DNA of 64,000 nucleotides from Folioceros fuciformis (lineage: Eukaryota), in the NCBI GenBank assembly GCA_049999805.1, contig JBNGIO010006220.1, positions 84,582 through 148,581 of the forward strand, in the 5' to 3' direction. The notes under the pieces were generated by a model. It was not told where the DNA came from. It did not search any database and saw only the letters and a program-made list of their open reading frames with translations. Shown piece by piece: positions 58,288 through 64,000 of this stretch. Every line of letters starts with the position of its first letter. The first letter of the stretch is position 1. Made by a program: the position numbers and the translations under genes.

Positions 58288-61200
58288 ATGGATTCCGCGG
58301 ACATTCAGAGTTTCGTCAGCGAGATCGTGGATTTTTTGATCGAGAGAAACTATCTCCTCACTGCTTTCGAACTGCTTCATGAACTGCTGGAAGATGGTCA
58401 AGATGCTATCGCCTCTAAGCTCAAGCGCTTTTTCAGTGATCCGGAAAGATTCCCTGCTGACCAGTTGCTTGAGATGCAGAGCTTACCAGGTAACTCTTGT
58501 ATGCAATCACACCTTCTGATACCGTAGTACGTAACTTATCTCCATAGCTACGGGTGGAGTTCAAGTTGGATAAGGTTGGCATGTGGATAGGTCTGGATAC
58601 ACAGATGCTCTATGATGCGAAGGAGGCAGCCCTGGAGCGTGCTGCGGTCTCTGACTATGAACTGCGCCTTGCACGAGAAGATCTTAGAAGCTTACAGGAT
58701 AAATTGGAGAAGCAGGCAGAAAAACTATCGATCCGCTCAACTCCTAGTGAGCGTAGTCTCTTGCAATGCTTTCAGTACTGTCGTGTTGCATTTTGTTGAA
58801 GAATCTGAATTTCCACCTGCATGGCCCCCAAAGTCTAGTAACTGGGTAGCTGGGATGATTTGGTTTACTCTTACCGTCCTCTGTCCTGGCTCGCAGAATC
58901 TGCGCCTGCAACTATAGCAGAAGCTGTGACAAACACAAACCGCCTGATTCTGCCAGGTCCACTGTTGGAAAACGAAAGACGGGATCTGAATTGCGCAGTT
59001 AAGGAGTATCTCGTGACTTGTGGGTACAAGGTCACAGCAATGACATTTCTGGAAGAGGTATTGCCTGTTGCAACAATTGTATGCAGATTGGGTTGCACCC
59101 AGCAGAGAACGTGTAAGACTGTTTGTGGCTATGAACAGGTTGAAGATCAAGATCTTGATGCATGGCAGAATCAGGTTGCACATGTGCCTGATGCGCTTCG
59201 AAGATATTACTTGCAGTTCCTAAGTACTGGCACCGATCAGATTGAGGTATACTGCTACTATTTTCCGCTCTTGTGCCCCTAGTCTGGCTTGAACTGTTCT
59301 ACATTTGCGACTTGTAGTTCAGTTTCTGTTCAACAGGGGTGCTGTCTTGGAAGCATGTTCTGTAACACACCCACTGCTGTTTAACTTCCAGCGTTGGGGT
59401 CCGGCAGAAAATGGGATTTCTGCAGGAGCAAAATGCAGCTTTGTCTTTAGGAAAGGAGGTTTTAGAGAAGGAGATGTCCTCTTTGAGTAAGCAGCTAGAA
59501 GCTTCAAAGAAAGAGTTCAAAGGGAAAGAGCAGCAGTCGAAGGAGAAAGATCAGCAGGCAAGGAACTGATTTGTGTTAGTGTGTCAGTGCAAGCTATAAT
59601 GCGGTGACTCATCAGCCGTCTTGCTTACGCAGATACTGCACCTAACAGACTCTTTAGAACGTGCTATTCATGAAGTAAATGATCTCAGATTGGAAGTGAC
59701 ATCACTGAAGCTTGATCTTGAAAGGTCAAGATCAAGTCAAGCAAATGCAAGCCATGTTACTCCAACGCAAACGGAAGTTGAGGATGATGTCTCTCCGGCC
59801 AATAAAGCTGCGCTAAGACAAGAAATGCCTACCGAAGTGGAACAAGCCATCATGGGAAACCCTGCCCTTGACACACTTTCTGACAGTCCTATTCAGGAAA
59901 TAGTGGAGCCAAAATGTCAGCAATGCACTGAGAAGCAAGCCGTGGTAAGCTCTGTTTGTTAAAACTGGCACCATCATCAAGCCCATCCTGGTGTTCATGA
60001 TTGTCACTCAAGTTGGCATCTGATTTGTGTAGGAATTGGAGACGGTACAGATTCTTGCTGAAGCTTTACCCAAGATAGTGCCCTATGTGCTGATCAACCA
60101 TCGTGAGGTAATTGGAGGTTCTTTCGTTTGGTTGTGTGGCAAAGTCTTTGGATGTAGTACTCCAATCTTATCTTGATACCTGACGTTTGGCTGCAGGAGC
60201 TCCTTCCCCTTATGATGTGTGCTATTGAACGCCATCCTGATAGCATAGTCCGTGACTCTCTTACCCACCACCTCTTCAATTTAATCAAGCGTCCGGATGA
60301 GCTGCAGAGACGGATCATCATGGATGTAAGGCTATTTTTTGTTTGGAATGGTTTCCATGAGGGTCCAGTCTGTGTGAGAAAGGAAGAGAGGATATCAGAT
60401 TTTGTTGCACAGAAAATTAATCATTTGTTGCTGAAATCACGCAAAACGTGTCCTGTGTTTGACAGGCTTGTGTTTCTTTGTCCAAGAGTCTTGGTGAGAT
60501 GCGAACTGAAACAGAGTTGCTTCCTCAATGCTGGGAGCAGGTAATTGGTTATCTACACCTGAGGAGTACGTTATTCTTGCAATCTAGAGTATGTTGGCAG
60601 TCTACACTATTCTTGAATAGACCTCCTATGTGCCTGCGGGGCTACTTGCCAAAATGTTTGACACATCTCCCTGTCATGGTTAGATAAATCACAAGAATGA
60701 AGAACGGAGACTGCTTGTGGCACAATCCTGTGGGGAGCTTGGACAGTTTGTCAGGCCAGAGATGCGAACGTCATTAATTCTGTCCATTGTACATCAACTT
60801 GTCGAGGATTCAGCTCCAATTGTCCGAGAAGCAGCAGCGAACAATCTGGCTCTTCTACTTCCACTTTTCTCCAACATGGAGAAGTATTTCAAGGTCAGCA
60901 CTGCTAAGATATGCTGGGGAGCAAACATGGCGCAGGATATCTGACTCCAAAGATGGTTACAAAAGTAAGCACCTAGTGCTATGTAGAGTAGATTGTTAGG
61001 ATTCTGGGTCCCCCTAAGCTCAGGTTTGTAATCTAGTTAAATCATTGCATACCTCATGCGAGTCTCTGTGGGTTGCAGGTGGAAGAGCTCTTATTTCAGC
61101 TGGTCTCTGATCCATCAGCGATTGTTGTGGAGACTACCCTCAAGAAACTTCTTCCTGCTGTATTAACATGGATGGAGTCCGGAAGAAAACCCCTACTGCC

Positions 61201-63628
61201 CCTACTCCGATCCCTTCTTGTGCACCTCTTAGGTCATGCGAAGGTGAGCTTTGTGGGGGTGGCGACCTCCCAAGGTTTTGGAAAGTATCACAAACTTTGT
61301 CATGAGAGTTTTGTCTGACGTATGGAGTCTGAGATCACTGTTTCCTATGTTGGATGGCAGAGATGCCCTCCTGTATCAGGTGTAGAGAAATCTGCAGAAG
61401 CCCACCTACGAGTGTTGGGAGAGAAGGAGCGGTGGAGTATCGACGTTTTGTTGCAGATGTTGACTCAACTTTTGCCAGCCATACGAGACGCTGCTTTAAC
61501 TAGCTCTCCCTTCAAGGATGCTGTACAGGAGGGCTCTCATGAATCTGGTTTTTCGGATGACCTTGTCAGATTGTTTGCTGAGTAAGTGGTGATGTGTGGC
61601 GAAAACGTTTTGCTATATTTCCTCCGGCATCTGATGACGGCTCTTATCTCAGGACGGAGGTTGACTGGGTTATCCTTGATTGGATGTTTGAGGACTGCTT
61701 TCCAGCTTTGCTGCAACTTGCTTGCATGTTACCAGCCAGGGAAGAGATTCTTCGCACACGACTTTGCAAGGTATGCCTGGTGTGCCAATTGACCACTTAA
61801 AACGCGTTCATGGGGTTGTGTGGACTTTGTGCTCAATTGTTAAGAAGTTCCTTTGTTGGACCAGGTGCTAATTTCCATCGATTCATGTTTTGGAGGCTGC
61901 TATCATTCCACTATAGTTGTGCCGATTTTTCTTGCTGCCGTTGGTGATGATGTGGAGCCAAAGCATCTGTCGCCCAAGCTCGTCAGTCGAATCACTGGTA
62001 AACACTGTTTTTTGTGGTGCTTGAAGACGATGCAGCCCAAGCTTCTTGATTCTGAATCGCCAAATACGTGCAGGCCTGAGACCGAGAACAGCAGCAGAAG
62101 AGCAGTTGGCTGGAATGTGTGTTCTTCCTTTGCTGCTAGCTGGAGTGCTCAGTGCGTCGAGTGTGCATCCGGAGTTCTTTGCCGTATACCTGAGAAATCT
62201 GATTTTGCAATCCACATTCAAGCATGGGGCTTGGAGAAGTTCACACTCTCCAGATCTTGTCGATGCTGTTAGATTTCTCTGGTAATTCCTGGTCTCTCTT
62301 TGTCGAACTGATACCAGGAATAATGACTTTGCTTGCTGCCACACGTACTAGCGTATGAATATGTGATGGAAAGGGGTATGACACCGGAACTCTTTACAGT
62401 TCTTTCAAGGATCAACATGGAGCTATAATGGGAGTTCTTTGGGACCTAGTTGTCAATGCAAATGCTCCTGTGAAGGTCACCGCCACAGTTATATCAAGGG
62501 CATTGGTACGTGGATTGAGTGAGCCTCTCGGGATATGGACATGGAGAACTTCGATTCTGAGTGCTGCTTCTGAAATTCGGTGAATGACTCAGGTTGGGTA
62601 TGCGGATCTGAAGCTGGTGACTCAGCAATTGTTGCCAGCGTTGGTGACTCTTGCTTCTGACCCAAACGTCGAAGTTAAGCATTCCAGTATCGAAGCGTTT
62701 GGATCTGTTGCTCAACATTTCAAGGAAGAGGCGGTATTGCAGGATGACTAACTATTCTAGATTTCCCGTTAAGCTTGTTGGCCTCTAGATTGAGTTTAAC
62801 TCAGGTGGCTAGATGCAGGTGTTCAAAGTATTTACGGATCTTGCTGCTGAGCAGCGGTTTTGTTGGTATAAACTGCAGGTGGTCGACAAAATACGTGTCC
62901 AGATGGATGCATTTCTGGAGGATGGATCACACGAAGCTGTTATCAAAGTAGTCCGAACATTTGCTGCCATTTTGCCCGTCTCGGCATCCAATCTGCGGGA
63001 CTATATCCTTTTAAGCTTGGTTTTTTATTTGTCCAGCATCTCCTTTCAACTTTTGCGATGCCTATGGGTGAGGGTATTGTCCTTGACTGCGAGCACATCT
63101 GCTGCAGAAACTGCTTGTGTTGTCTTCTGCTGGAACACAGGCAGCATCGCTCATGCGACGCCGTGAAAGAGCTGATGCCTTCAGTGAAGCCATTCGTGCA
63201 CTCGATGCCACAGGTCCGTTGAAAATCTCTGCACACCTGTTGCAGTTGCGCAGAGCGTCGGATATGGCTGCTGACGAATATGCCGTGATTCAGATCTTTC
63301 CCCCACCAGTGTCAAAGAGCTTCTCCTTCCCACAGTTCAGAATCTTCTTAAGGATTCTGATTCTCTGGATCCAGCACACAAAGAAGCTCTGGAGGTAATC
63401 TTGAAGGAAAGAACTGTGAACAGACTGGAATCCATCAGCAAAGTCATGACCATGGGAAGCCTATTTGGAGAAGGTGGATTTTTGAGCAAGAAAGAGCTTG
63501 GTGATGATACGCCCAGCCCAAACAGCCCGACACCCCCACAAGAGGCAGGCATGCTGAAGCGGATAATAAGAAACAACTACGGCGGAAATTTGTTCAGCAG
63601 GGCGAGTAGCACGACACCTGACCATTGA
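58288..63628 (+). CDS. RELCH: LisH and HEAT-repeat protein, RAB11-binding RELCH/KIAA1468 homolog, many exons
   Basis: FLIERNYLLTAFELLHELLEDG, DLNCAVKEYL..GYKVTAMTF, LPKIVPYVLINHREELLPL, LTHHLFNLIKRPDELQRRIIMDAC, TETELLPQCWEQINH. Confidence 0.92.
63003..63096 (+). other. U12-type AT-AC intron in RELCH
   Basis: 5' end ATATCCTTT, branch site TCCTTGAC at 63080-63087, 3' end AC. Removal restores LRDYLLQKLL. Confidence 0.9.
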
Positions 63629-64000
63629 AATCATTTTGCACCAGCTCTGAATGATTTTTCATTAGCGGATAACGATTTTGGTGAACGTCTTTTGTATGCT
63701 ATGGCCCCCTGCTGTTTATAGTATTGGTTAGTGAAGGTGCTTCCAGCACATTGCAGGTCAAAGTGACGTCTGGTGTCCCCGCGCGTCAACAAGTGGCCAG
63801 GGCTGTTGGCTACGCCGGCGAATAGTTACACCTCGCTTGTTACTAGCTCCTAACCACGTTCACGATTTGGGCATCCAAATTCTAGGATGGATAGTCACCT
63901 TGATTCTCTCAGCATTAATAACATGTTCAAACTCAATAGAATATAAGTTCATGAATATGTTTAAAATAAATAGAATATAAGTTCATTATACTATAACTCT

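Noticed and set aside
63923-63990. 34-bp AT-rich direct repeat at the window end (a similar 28-bp pair lies near 23855-23911)
   Set aside because: Two-copy local duplications with no further structure visible.

Overview
Gene-dense nuclear DNA of a seed-free land plant, most likely a hornwort such as Anthoceros. That assignment is inferred from the many short introns, the tight gene spacing and a DYW:KP/DRH-like PPR editing factor. In order, the window holds: the 3' part of a BAG6/CIP73-like gene; a small PPR gene; U11/U12-31K (ZCRB1); ALS3/STAR2; a PLS-class PPR with a variant KP/HAE/DSH deaminase domain (candidate U-to-C RNA editing factor); tRNA-Glu(CTC); a 9-exon gene, missed by the ORF track, that fuses a PHD-type zinc finger to a SAP30 Sin3-binding domain; an intronless 2223-aa MED12; and an ATXR1/SDG35-like TPR-SET gene. 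A ~13.5 kb island of decayed transposons follows (Sola-like DDD transposase with minisatellites, two Ty1/copia remnants). After it come ArfGAP AGD6/7, an FLK/PEP KH gene, an intronless plastid-targeted hypothetical protein, and RELCH/KIAA1468 with a U12-type AT-AC intron. Assembly gaps lie at 22743-22842, 39412-39421 and 43036-43045. All homology calls come from recognising motifs by eye, not from database searches.
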